Shown here in pieces: positions 1-9,141 of a DNA stretch of 64,000 nt. The DNA is from Gemmatimonadota bacterium (lineage in GTDB: Bacteria; Gemmatimonadota; Gemmatimonadetes; Palauibacterales; Palauibacteraceae). The notes under the pieces were generated by a model that did no database searches, was not told where the DNA came from, and saw only the letters and a list, made by a program, of their open reading frames with translations. Both the position numbers and the translations under genes were made by a program. Where the stretch lies: positions 1,088,001 to 1,152,000 of the forward strand of contig OZ220691.1 in the NCBI GenBank assembly GCA_965116475.1. Reading direction: 5' to 3'. Position 1 is the stretch's first letter; each line of letters starts with the position of its first letter.

Positions 1-1
1 G

Positions 2-334
2 GAGCCCGTCCTCGATCGCCTGCGCCCGATACTCGCGGATCGTATCCTCGGCCTGCGTGACGAGAAGGGAGGATTCGGCAATGTCCTTCAGACCGCCCAG
101 GCGGTGTCGGCGCTCTACAACATCGGAAGCCTCGAGCGCATCGACGCGAAGCGCGAGGTGGAGCGACTGATGAGCTCGCAGCGCGGGGACGGCAGCTGGC
201 CGGAGCTGCTCGCGTTCGGCGACCAGTCGTTGAAATGGGGCGTGGTAGGGCAGATCGGGCATGGCTCCGAGGCCGTGACCTCCGCGTTCTGCATCGAGGC
301 CCTGGAGCGGCTCGTCGAAGTGCTGGAGGCCTGA
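2..334 (+). CDS. Prenyltransferase/squalene-cyclase (QW-repeat) fold protein, 5'-truncated by the window edge
   Basis: Frame is open from position 2 (EPVLDRLRPILADRILGLRDEKGGFGNVLQTAQAV...). It contains the QW-like motif SQRGDGSW and a C-terminal GSEAVTSAFCIEAL. The stop lies 5 nt before the YcaO start. Confidence 0.65.
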   Translation, partial: EPVLDRLRPILADRILGLRDEKGGFGNVLQTAQAVSALYNIGSLERIDAKREVERLMSSQRGDGSWPELLAFGDQSLKWGVVGQIGHGSEAVTSAFCIEALERLVEVLEA

Positions 335-339
335 GCCAG

Positions 340-2655
340 ATGACAGCGGAGGCGCACGCGCGCCCCCGGCACGGGATCCTGGCCCGAACGACTCGTGCGG
401 ACCGGGGCCTTGTCGAGCTTCCGGCTCTCACCCCGCACCTCCGATTCCACGGTATCGGCGAGGCGCAGGTCCTTCTCGTCTCCGAGTCGTTCAATACGCT
501 GCTGCACGGCAAGCTGCACCGCGATCTGCTGCCGCTGCTCGACGGTCGGCACCCCCGGGACGAGATCGTCGCGGCCCTCGAGGGCGCCCATGCGGCGACC
601 GATGTCCTGGCGGCCATCGCCGCGTTCGCGGCCAGGGGCTATCTGATCTCCGCCGATCACGGCATGGACCGGGGCCAGGCGGCCTACTGGTCGTCGCTTG
701 GCGCGTCGCCGCGCTGGGTCGAAGAGCGGCTGGCGCAGTCGCGCGTCACGGTCGAAGGTGACGACGGCGGGCTCGTCCGGCACCTGGAGGCGAACGGCGC
801 CAGGGTGGGAACCGGCGAACCGAAGCTCACCGTAGTGGTCTGCGGCGACTATCTCGAAGCCGATCTCGCGGAGGTGAATCGGCGCCACCTCGAGGCGGGA
901 GCGCCGTGGACGCCGGTGCGGCCGAGCGGCATGGAGCCGCTCTTCGGGCCCGTCTTTCGGGCGGACGGGCAGGGACCCTGCTGGGATTGCCTCGCGTACC
1001 GCCTGCGCAGCCACCGGGAAGTCCATGGTTTCCTGCGCAACGTCGCCGGCGAGGAAGCCGCCTTCAGGCCGTTCGCGGCTCAGCCCGCAGTGCTGGAAGC
1101 GATGTACGGGCTGATCGCCGCGGAGATCGTCAAATGGCTGGCGCTGGGTGAGGCGGCCCCGATTCACGACCAGGCGATCGCGATGAATGTCGGCACGTTC
1201 GCAAGCTCGCACCATCGGGTCGTGCGTCGGCCGCAATGCCTGGCCTGCGGCGACGAAGCCTTGCACCGGCCGGATCGACCGCCGGTTCCGGTGTCTCTGA
1301 AGGCGAGCCCCAAGGCCCATCGCAACAGCGGCGGCGCGCGTGCCGTGGCGCCGGGAGCCACCCTGGCGAAGTACAGGCACCTGGTGAGCCCGATCAGCGG
1401 TGTCGTGACGTGGCTGTCGCGCACCACGGATGAGGCCGACTCCTGGCTGCACGTCTACTGGGCCGGGAGCAATCTCGGCATGAGAGGCCGGAGCCTGAGT
1501 TCGCTCAGGCGCAGCCTGCGCAGCAAGAGCGCCGGCAAGGGCAGCACACGACAGCAGTCAAAGGTCAGCGCCCTCTGCGAGGCGGTCGAGCGCTATTCGG
1601 GCGCCCGTCATGGCGACGAGATCCGTATCCGCAAGCGGTTCAGCGAGTTCGAGAGAGAAGAGGCGATCCACCCCAACGAGGTGCAGTTGTTCAGCGAGAG
1701 CCAGCTCGACGACGCGGGGAGCATCAACGCGAAAGGCCACCCCTACAACGTCGTACCGCCGCGTCTCGAGCCCGACGCCGAAATCGACTGGACGCCGGTG
1801 TGGTCGCTGACGCGGCAGCGGCACCGCTACCTGCCGACATCCATCCTCTACAGCATGCCGGCCGAGGAGCGCGGCCCCGCCGACCTGATCGCCGATTCGA
1901 ACGGCTGCGCCGCGGGCAACACCCTGGAAGAGGCCATCCTGCAGGGCTTCTACGAACTGGCCGAGCGCGATGCGTTCGCCATCTGGTGGTACAACCGGTT
2001 GCGGGTGCCGGCAGTCGATCTTTCCAGCTTCGACGACGACTACGTCACCGCGGCCCCGGACTACTACGCCCGTCACGAGCGGGAGCTATGGATGCTCGAC
2101 GTCACCTCCGATATCGGCATCCCCACCTTCGTCGCGCTCTCGCGCCGGCCGGACGCTCGGACCGAGGACATCATCTACGGTGCCGGGACTCACGCCGACC
2201 CGCGCATAGCAGCCCTGCGCGCGCTTTGCGAATTGAACCAGTGCCTTACCTGGCTGCCGCGTCCCGGGGCGGGGGACGGCCGGCCCATGATCGATGATCC
2301 GCTGGCCCTCTGGTGGTGGAAGACCGCCCGGCTCGCCGACTGTCCCTGGCTGGCGCCGGCGCCGGACGAACCGCCCCGCAAGGCCTCGCACTACCCGGTG
2401 ACCGAATCGGCGGACACGCGCGAAGATGTGGAGCATTGCCGCGCGCTCGTCGAGGCCGGCGGCATGGAGTTCCTGGTGCTGGATCAGACGCGGCCCGATA
2501 TCGGCATGCCCGTGGCGCGGGTCATCGTGCCGGGCATGCGCCACTTCTGGGCAAGGCTCGCGCCAGGGCGGCTGTACGACGTACCCGTCAGTATGGGCTA
2601 CCGCGAATCCCCGCTCGCCGAAGCCGACCTGAACCCCGCGCCCGTGATCGCGTAA
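340..2655 (+). CDS. Fused TOMM cyclodehydratase (leader-binding/E1-like + YcaO), SrpC-like
   Basis: ATG at 340 (MTAEAH), in frame with ORF 235..2655. E1-like CxxC pairs (PCWDC, PQCLAC). YcaO motifs SAGKG, ALCEAVERY, SNGCAAGNTLEEAILQGFYELAERDA. Pro-rich C-terminus LNPAPVIA. Confidence 0.93.
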   Translation: MTAEAHARPRHGILARTTRADRGLVELPALTPHLRFHGIGEAQVLLVSESFNTLLHGKLHRDLLPLLDGRHPRDEIVAALEGAHAATDVLAAIAAFAARGYLISADHGMDRGQAAYWSSLGASPRWVEERLAQSRVTVEGDDGGLVRHLEANGARVGTGEPKLTVVVCGDYLEADLAEVNRRHLEAGAPWTPVRPSGMEPLFGPVFRADGQGPCWDCLAYRLRSHREVHGFLRNVAGEEAAFRPFAAQPAVLEAMYGLIAAEIVKWLALGEAAPIHDQAIAMNVGTFASSHHRVVRRPQCLACGDEALHRPDRPPVPVSLKASPKAHRNSGGARAVAPGATLAKYRHLVSPISGVVTWLSRTTDEADSWLHVYWAGSNLGMRGRSLSSLRRSLRSKSAGKGSTRQQSKVSALCEAVERYSGARHGDEIRIRKRFSEFEREEAIHPNEVQLFSESQLDDAGSINAKGHPYNVVPPRLEPDAEIDWTPVWSLTRQRHRYLPTSILYSMPAEERGPADLIADSNGCAAGNTLEEAILQGFYELAERDAFAIWWYNRLRVPAVDLSSFDDDYVTAAPDYYARHERELWMLDVTSDIGIPTFVALSRRPDARTEDIIYGAGTHADPRIAALRALCELNQCLTWLPRPGAGDGRPMIDDPLALWWWKTARLADCPWLAPAPDEPPRKASHYPVTESADTREDVEHCRALVEAGGMEFLVLDQTRPDIGMPVARVIVPGMRHFWARLAPGRLYDVPVSMGYRESPLAEADLNPAPVIA

Positions 2656-2749
2656 GGAGGGAGCCCCTCCCGTTCGACCTTGTTCAAGGAGGGGGACCCG
2701 GAAGCCGGGGAGCCGGAAGAAGTCAACCGGCGCCCCGGCTAACGGTGAG

Positions 2750-3007
2750 CTACCAGCAGCAGCAGAGCCCGGCCGAGATGGCTTCCATCTGCTCCTCGCT
2801 GATGTGCGGATCCGGCGGCAACGCGAGATGCACCGTCTGCATGTCGCTCTCATGGATCTGGATGTTCATCGAATCGGGAATCGTAATGCCCAACTCGCCG
2901 CTGATCGCAGTCTTCGGATCTGCGAGAAGCTGCTGCCTGAACCCCTCGTCCACGGTGGACTTCTCAACAATCTGCGCGAGCATTTCATCGCCGCTTCGCA
3001 TGGCCAT
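2750..3007 (-). CDS. NHLP (nitrile-hydratase-like leader) proteusin precursor, core LCCCW, SrpE-like
   Basis: Leader motifs FRQQLLADPKTAI and VHLALPP, then an ISEEQMEAISAG double-glycine-type cleavage site followed by LCCCW. AGGAG RBS just upstream. Confidence 0.92.
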   Translation of the reverse strand: MAMRSGDEMLAQIVEKSTVDEGFRQQLLADPKTAISGELGITIPDSMNIQIHESDMQTVHLALPPDPHISEEQMEAISAGLCCCW

Positions 3008-3010
3008 TCT

Positions 3011-3049
3011 CCTTCGTTCTACGTTACGAGCCTTCGTTCTACGTTACGA
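3011..3049. repeat. Perfect 19-bp tandem direct repeat (CCTTCGTTCTACGTTACGA x2, period 20) in the precursor leader
   Basis: 3011-3029 and 3031-3049 are identical. The first copy overlaps the precursor RBS. Confidence 0.9.
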
Positions 3050-3124
3050 ATCCCGGCACCAACCACACAGAATCGTGATTCCAAGATAAAGTCAAGTCTT
3101 GCGACTCCCTGCCGGTCGAGGTCT

Positions 3125-5212
3125 CTACTGCCGGGCGGCGGGGCGGTGCCGCTCATCCGCGAGCGCGACGATGTCCACGCCGGCCCGGGACCCGGTATCG
3201 ACTTCGCCGGCGTCGGCTTCGCGCTTGCCGGCCAGCGGCGCCTCGCGGGCCGCACTCGGCGCCGGAGCGTCTCGCAACGCCTGCGCGAGCCGTTGCTCGA
3301 TCTCGCCGTCGCCCGACACGAACACGCAGCGCGCCCCCGCAAGCGCATCAAGCTCGCGACTCCCACCGCGATTCGGCGGCTGTTCCCCGAACGCGGCGAG
3401 AGGATGGAGGCCGTCCAGCCCGCCGCGCGGGACGGGCGCCAGCAGCAGGTTGTTGCGCGACAGCGCTCGGAGCGCCTTGCGGAAGCGGCGGCACAGCGCT
3501 TCGTAGTACCTGGCCGGGCCACCGTCGTACACGAACCGGACATCGAGCTCCGCGCCCGGCAGCGCCTCCCCGTCTCCCAGCGGTCCCAGAACCGCGACCG
3601 CCACGCCACCGCTGGCCTGCGGAACGCCGCGATCGGCGAAGTCCTCCTCGACCGCGGACAGGACGAAGACGATGGAGGCTTCGGCAACGCGCGACAGCGC
3701 CGTCGTCGCTTCGCTCACGGACAGGCTGCCGCGCATCGCGTGCACGGCGATCTGGAAGACCTTGCCGTTCGACCACTCCAGCGCCGCCTCGACCGCCTCG
3801 CCGGCGTCCTGCACGGGAATGTCGTCGAGCTGGGCCCCCATCTCGGAGAGGCTGAGTTCGTGCGTCCAGTACAGACGCGCCAGCCCGCACCGGGCGATCG
3901 CCTCCGATTCCGAATCCGACAGGAATCCCTCCGGCAGCTCCAGGTCCGTGAACTCCCGCTCCCGCAGCGTGTCGAGCAGGACCGGCGAGCGGTTGATCCA
4001 CTCGGCGAGGCCGGGGGCGGCGGCATGAATCTCCGCGATGACGTCGAACGCGTCTGGACGCGCCGCGAACGCACGGCTGTCGTAGGCGCTCCAGTCGTCG
4101 ATCTCGGGATAGAACTGGGCGCGCTGACGATCGAGCAGCGGATCGATGGTCTCGAACCACCGCTTCGGAAAGAGCGCCATGCCGTTCATCTGGGCGTAGC
4201 TGCCCGGCAGCTGCGGGGAGGCGGCCTCGCCATGATGCTGCAACAGCGGATAACGATGGTTGGACGTATGGTGGTCGGCGTGGCGCTGCATGTTGTAGTA
4301 CAGCCAGTTGGTGAACTTGTAGGCCGCGCTCCAGGCGTGCCTCGGCTTGACCGGCTCGTACCTGCCGGTGGGCATGCGGATGCGCCGCAGTCCGTAGTGC
4401 TGCACGTAGTTGCTGATCTTCATCGAGAAGACCACGCTGCCGCACAGGGCAAGGTAGAGCAGCAGAGCCCATGGGCCGCCCCACCAGAAGATCAGCCCGT
4501 ACCAGAAGACGATCTGCACGGCGTAGCGCCAGAACGCGTTCGTGTAGTGCCACAGCGGCAGGTGGCGACGCGTCAGCCGGCGGCGTTCGAACCGCCAGGC
4601 CCCGACCAGGTTGTTCGCCACCTCGGCGGGCAGGTACTGCCAGAAGCTCAGGCCCTTCGGCGCGGACCCGGGGTCGAGCGGCGTACACACGCGGGGGTGA
4701 TGGATGTAGACGTGCTCGGTCGCATAGTGCGGGTAGGAGACGGAGGCCAGCAGGAACTCGCCGAGCCGGCGTTCCCAGAGCGCGCGCCGATGCACCAGTT
4801 CGTGGCCCACGATGAACACCGTCTGCGCGACCAGGGTCAGGATGGCGGCCGTGACACCGATCTCCCAGAGGGAAAGGCGGCCGACGAACAGCATCTGCCA
4901 GAGCGCGAACACGAAAGCCACCGGCCAGAACGCCGCCCACAACCAGAGCGAGAGCTTGTACAGGAACAACTGGCTCTCGCGGGTCGTCGCGGGATCCATG
5001 TTCCGCTCCTCGAGGCCGAAGAGGTGGTCGAACCGGTCCGCGAGCATGAAGAAGACGAACGGCCCCGCAAGCCACCAGCCGCCAAACACGGCGGCGCAGA
5101 CGACGAGCGGGAAGATGAGAAGGGGGACGAAATGCGGGAGCGCGTTCGCGACGGAGGGCTCGACGACCCGCCTGCCCGCCGTCATCGAGGCGCCGGAGCT
5201 ATGTGCTTCCAT
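3125..5212 (-). CDS. AlkB/fatty-acid-desaturase-type membrane diiron enzyme fused to a degenerate GlnE-like nucleotidyltransferase domain
   Basis: His boxes GHELVH, EHVYIHH, NYVQHYG and QRHADHH plus TM helices. The C-terminal ALSRVAEA...VAVAVLGPLGDGEALPGAELDVRFVYD resembles the GlnE GKLGGxELxxxSDLDLIFVYD motif. Confidence 0.8.
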   Translation of the reverse strand: MEAHSSGASMTAGRRVVEPSVANALPHFVPLLIFPLVVCAAVFGGWWLAGPFVFFMLADRFDHLFGLEERNMDPATTRESQLFLYKLSLWLWAAFWPVAFVFALWQMLFVGRLSLWEIGVTAAILTLVAQTVFIVGHELVHRRALWERRLGEFLLASVSYPHYATEHVYIHHPRVCTPLDPGSAPKGLSFWQYLPAEVANNLVGAWRFERRRLTRRHLPLWHYTNAFWRYAVQIVFWYGLIFWWGGPWALLLYLALCGSVVFSMKISNYVQHYGLRRIRMPTGRYEPVKPRHAWSAAYKFTNWLYYNMQRHADHHTSNHRYPLLQHHGEAASPQLPGSYAQMNGMALFPKRWFETIDPLLDRQRAQFYPEIDDWSAYDSRAFAARPDAFDVIAEIHAAAPGLAEWINRSPVLLDTLREREFTDLELPEGFLSDSESEAIARCGLARLYWTHELSLSEMGAQLDDIPVQDAGEAVEAALEWSNGKVFQIAVHAMRGSLSVSEATTALSRVAEASIVFVLSAVEEDFADRGVPQASGGVAVAVLGPLGDGEALPGAELDVRFVYDGGPARYYEALCRRFRKALRALSRNNLLLAPVPRGGLDGLHPLAAFGEQPPNRGGSRELDALAGARCVFVSGDGEIEQRLAQALRDAPAPSAAREAPLAGKREADAGEVDTGSRAGVDIVALADERHRPAARQ

Positions 5213-5320
5213 CCTGGATATCCTCTACCTCGGTGAATCGTTGCGCGGCACCTGCCCCATCGAATCCATCATCATCAAAATCTAGCCTCAAGGGTAGCCC
5301 ACGCCAGCAACGACGCGGCT

Positions 5321-7789
5321 TCACGGGACGAGGACGGGCTGGCGTTTTCTGAGCAGGAACAACCCCTCGTTCCAGCTCGACACGGCGATCACGCCGCTCT
5401 CGAAGTACGGGTAGTTGCTCCACGTGCCGCCGAAGGCCGTCGCGTCGTCGTCCGTCGGCACCGTGTCGAAGAAGGCCACCTCCACCGGGTTCTCCGGATC
5501 GCGGATGTCGAGGATGCGGAGCCCGCCCAGCAGGTTGGACTGGTAGAGGAAGTCGCCGCGCACGTACTGGTTGTGGTCGATCGCGCGCGTCTCGGCGAAG
5601 TACTCCGTCGCGAGCACCGGATCGTCGAGTTCCGCCACGTCCCACACGAGGGTGCGCGTGTTCGAGACGGTGCCGCCTTCCTCGTCGAGTTCGTCGCCGA
5701 GGAAGAAGTAGCGGTGGTCCTCCGTGAGCCATCCCTGGTGGGCGGCGACGGCGCCCGGGTAGTTGGCGCTCGCGAGCGCGACGGGGTTCTCCTTGTCGGT
5801 GATGTCGGAGATCCCGAGCGCGTCGATCGAGGCGTGGAAGCAGATCTCCCGTCCGACGTAGTCCTCGTCGGGTCCGTCGTAGATCACGCACTGGGCGTCG
5901 TGCGTGTAGCCGCCGCCGAGAAAGCCGCCGATGTCGGGGTCCGCGAAGCAGCCGGCGAAGCGGGGGTTCCGGGGATCGCGGATGTCGATCATGTGGAGGC
6001 CGCCGCCGCACGCCTCGCCCCCGCCGCTGCTGCCGACGGCATGCGCGAACCCGGTCTCCTCGTTGATCACGATGTTGTGAGAACTGAACACGCCGTCGTA
6101 GTGGGCCGTCTCCTCGAACAGCGCCGGCGGGTCGCGCACGTCGCGCAACTGGGTGAGGTCGAAGATCTGGACGCCGTGCGCCCCGGCGTTGTCCGCCACG
6201 ATGAAGGCGTGGTCCGCGTAGGTCTTGATGTCGCGCCACAGGTTCTCGACGCCCCCTTCGGTGAGGGGAAGTTCGCCCACGTAGACCGGCGCGTTGGGGT
6301 CGGTGATGTCGACGAACGACGTGCCGTTGGATTTGCCGAGAAGGACGTACTCGCGACCGGTCTCGGAGTCGGTCCAGCCCCAGATGTCGTTCGCGATCGA
6401 TGTGGGGCCGGCGCCGAGTTCGGCGAGCGGGAGGAAGGCCACGAGATCCACGTCGGTGCAGGCGTAGTCGAGCGCGGCCCCGTCCTGGCAACTCACCGTC
6501 TCGCCCGAAACGGCGGTCATGTTCGGCCGCTCCGGATCGCGCAGCGTGCCCGACAACTCCCAGGGAGCGGCGAGGGAGGCGCGTTCGAACACGGCCGCGG
6601 CGCCCAGTCGGAGGTCGGCCTGCCCCGCCCCGATCACGGCAAGATGGCCGGACGCGCCGAGGCTCGAGCCGAAAGCCCCGCCCGGCCCGAACGGCGACTC
6701 GTCAAGCGTCTGAACGTGTTGGAAGGATGCGGCATCGAAGGTGTAGACGGCACCGGCGGCCGACGCGGTCGCGGGCGCGCCGATCCACACGGTTCCGTCC
6801 GCGATCGTGAGGGCGGCTCCGAAGCCGGCGGCATCCGATCCTGTCGGAGGCGTCAGGGTTCGGGAGGGGGTCGAGGCACCCTCCGGATCGAACACCGCCA
6901 CCGCGCCCGCGCCCTCCCGGCCGGGCGCGCCGGCAAACAGCGTCGTGCCATCGAACGCGAGCGCCGAGCCCAGCCGATCGCCGGGGACGCCGCCTTCGAG
7001 CATGAAGGATTCGACGTGCCGCCATTCGCCGCCGGAGGGCTCGTAGAGATGTACGGCGCCGCGATTGCCGTCCGCGCCCGGGGTGCCCACGAAGAGTCGA
7101 TTCTCGGCCGCGGCCAAGGCGGTGCCGAAGCGGTCGGAGCCTTCGGGTTCGGGAGCGGTCAGACGGCCCAGGAACGGTCCCCCATCGTCCCGTGTCACCA
7201 GGTAGATCCCAACGGAGCCGGGCTGCGGAGGCGCCGGTTGCCCGAACCGGGGCAGGTCGCCGAGTCCGCCCGGAGCGCCCACGAACGCGACATCGCCAAC
7301 CAGTGCGACGGCGCTCCCGAGACCGGCACGCGGCGCCCCGTCGGTGGAGACCATCGCGCGCTGGATCCAGGTGTCGCCGCTGCCTTCGCTCCGTTCGAAG
7401 ACGTAGGCTACGCCGTTCGCCTCGTTCGTTCCGGGGGCCCCCATCACCACCCGGTCGCCCGAGCCGGCGATGCTGGCTCCGAACTGGTCTCCCACTTCTC
7501 CCGTGTCCATCAGCGGCTGAAGGACTTCGGCGATGGTCCACTCTCCCGACTCGTCCCGACGGAAGACGTAGACCGCGCCCGGCTGGGGATACGTGGCGAG
7601 CCGGAGTTCGGCGCCCGTGCGCGACACCAAGATGTCGTCCCCGACGAGCGTGACCGCGGCCGCGAAGCCGGAGGCCGGAAGGGCGGGCCTCTCTGCCGTT
7701 GGAGCGAGCGTCTGAGCCGCGGCCGCGTCGGGCACGGCGAGGAAGCCGGGGACGAGGAGTGGGATCCATCGGATCAATCGGTGTCGCAT
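5321..7789 (-). CDS. Secreted choice-of-anchor B family protein with N-terminal FG-GAP repeats
   Basis: Signal peptide and repeated FG.s.a...lvvGAPG units. C-terminal NDIWGWTD, WRDIKTY, HDAQCVIYDGPD, HQGWLTED and WSNYPYFESG. Confidence 0.85.
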   Translation of the reverse strand: MRHRLIRWIPLLVPGFLAVPDAAAAQTLAPTAERPALPASGFAAAVTLVGDDILVSRTGAELRLATYPQPGAVYVFRRDESGEWTIAEVLQPLMDTGEVGDQFGASIAGSGDRVVMGAPGTNEANGVAYVFERSEGSGDTWIQRAMVSTDGAPRAGLGSAVALVGDVAFVGAPGGLGDLPRFGQPAPPQPGSVGIYLVTRDDGGPFLGRLTAPEPEGSDRFGTALAAAENRLFVGTPGADGNRGAVHLYEPSGGEWRHVESFMLEGGVPGDRLGSALAFDGTTLFAGAPGREGAGAVAVFDPEGASTPSRTLTPPTGSDAAGFGAALTIADGTVWIGAPATASAAGAVYTFDAASFQHVQTLDESPFGPGGAFGSSLGASGHLAVIGAGQADLRLGAAAVFERASLAAPWELSGTLRDPERPNMTAVSGETVSCQDGAALDYACTDVDLVAFLPLAELGAGPTSIANDIWGWTDSETGREYVLLGKSNGTSFVDITDPNAPVYVGELPLTEGGVENLWRDIKTYADHAFIVADNAGAHGVQIFDLTQLRDVRDPPALFEETAHYDGVFSSHNIVINEETGFAHAVGSSGGGEACGGGLHMIDIRDPRNPRFAGCFADPDIGGFLGGGYTHDAQCVIYDGPDEDYVGREICFHASIDALGISDITDKENPVALASANYPGAVAAHQGWLTEDHRYFFLGDELDEEGGTVSNTRTLVWDVAELDDPVLATEYFAETRAIDHNQYVRGDFLYQSNLLGGLRILDIRDPENPVEVAFFDTVPTDDDATAFGGTWSNYPYFESGVIAVSSWNEGLFLLRKRQPVLVP

Positions 7790-7808
7790 GTGACCTCCTT
7801 GTAACCGC

Positions 7809-9119
7809 CTACCGCGATCGCGCCAGCGGGTTTACGCCCGCCAGCGCCGCGCCGGCGAAGGGTAGCGCCAGCACCCACACCCGGAGGCCGAGCGGGCCGG
7901 CCCCGTCCGCCGCGATGCCGCCCAGGGCGAGGAGCGCCAGTCCGGCGCAGGCCATCGTCCCGCCGACCGCGAGCAGCCAGCCCGGGCGCGTTCGCTCGCC
8001 GGGGCCGCCACGCTCGAGCCGCCCGAACGCCAGCACGCACGGGACCAAGGCCACTGCGTACACGGCGAACCACAGCGGCCGGACGGCCCACCACGCTCCG
8101 GAGGCGGGGTCGACGCCGAGACCCACGCCACCCAGGAGGAGCGCCGCGCCGACGACCAGCGTCGCCGCCGTCAGGTGCCAGAGAAAGATCGTCATGATCA
8201 TCCCGTTCACGAGCACCGTGGCCGTCCACGGCACGGCCCGGTCTAGCCAGCGCCGCATCGGACCCTCGATCGACAGCAGCAGCCCGGTGTGCACGAGCGC
8301 CAGCGCGAGCATGGGCAGCTTGGGTGGCAGCGAATTGCTGATCGCGTCGCCGGGGACGCTCACCATGCTGACCGGGTACGGCCCGAGCGTCACCATCCCG
8401 ACCAACGCCGCCGCGCCCAGGGCGGCCCACGCCGCGCCCCTTCGCAGGCCGGCCGCGTACCCGTCGCGCCACGCGTACCCCAACTGGTGAACGGCGACCC
8501 AGATGAAGGCGTAGTTGGCCCAGCCCACGACGGTCAAATCGGCGGCGAGGAAGAGGACGTCGTCCGCGATCGCGGCCGCGACCAGCGCCCAGAACGACCA
8601 CAGCCCGTACCGCCGCCAGACCGCGTACGTGAGCGGCACGATGAGCACGACCATGACGTAGACGGCGAGGAACCAGATCGGGATCAGCGCCATCTGCGAC
8701 AGGTCGCCCACGAGGGTCGCGTCGACGCCTCCCAATCCCATGCCGACGCCGAGCAGCACCCACACGGCGAGGAGCGCGAGGACGGGGCCGAGCAGGCGCC
8801 GGAGCCGTGCCTCCAGCCACTCCGCATAGTTTTTATGCCGATCGCGGGCCGACCGCCACGACACGCCGTTCGAGTAGCCACCGACGAGGAAGAAGATCGG
8901 CATCACCTGAAAGGCCCATGTGAGCCACCCCGTCCATGACTGGTGTTCGAGCGCGCTCGAGAGCGCGATCTCCCCGCCGCCGGTGTACGGCGCCGCCTGT
9001 ATCCAGTGGCCCACCACGACGGCGCCGATCGAGAGGGCGCGCAGGAAGTCCACGTATCGGTTGCGCGACGCCGGCGTCCGCGCGGCCACCCCCGCCGCCC
9101 GGGACCACAGGCCGCTCAA
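7809..9119 (-). CDS. Acyltransferase family 3 membrane protein
   Basis: RNRYVDFLRALSIGAVVVGHW and VMPIFFLVGG motifs, with about 10 TM helices. Confidence 0.85.
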   Translation of the reverse strand: MSGLWSRAAGVAARTPASRNRYVDFLRALSIGAVVVGHWIQAAPYTGGGEIALSSALEHQSWTGWLTWAFQVMPIFFLVGGYSNGVSWRSARDRHKNYAEWLEARLRRLLGPVLALLAVWVLLGVGMGLGGVDATLVGDLSQMALIPIWFLAVYVMVVLIVPLTYAVWRRYGLWSFWALVAAAIADDVLFLAADLTVVGWANYAFIWVAVHQLGYAWRDGYAAGLRRGAAWAALGAAALVGMVTLGPYPVSMVSVPGDAISNSLPPKLPMLALALVHTGLLLSIEGPMRRWLDRAVPWTATVLVNGMIMTIFLWHLTAATLVVGAALLLGGVGLGVDPASGAWWAVRPLWFAVYAVALVPCVLAFGRLERGGPGERTRPGWLLAVGGTMACAGLALLALGGIAADGAGPLGLRVWVLALPFAGAALAGVNPLARSR

Positions 9120-9141
9120 GCGTCGCCTCCGGCTGCGCGGC

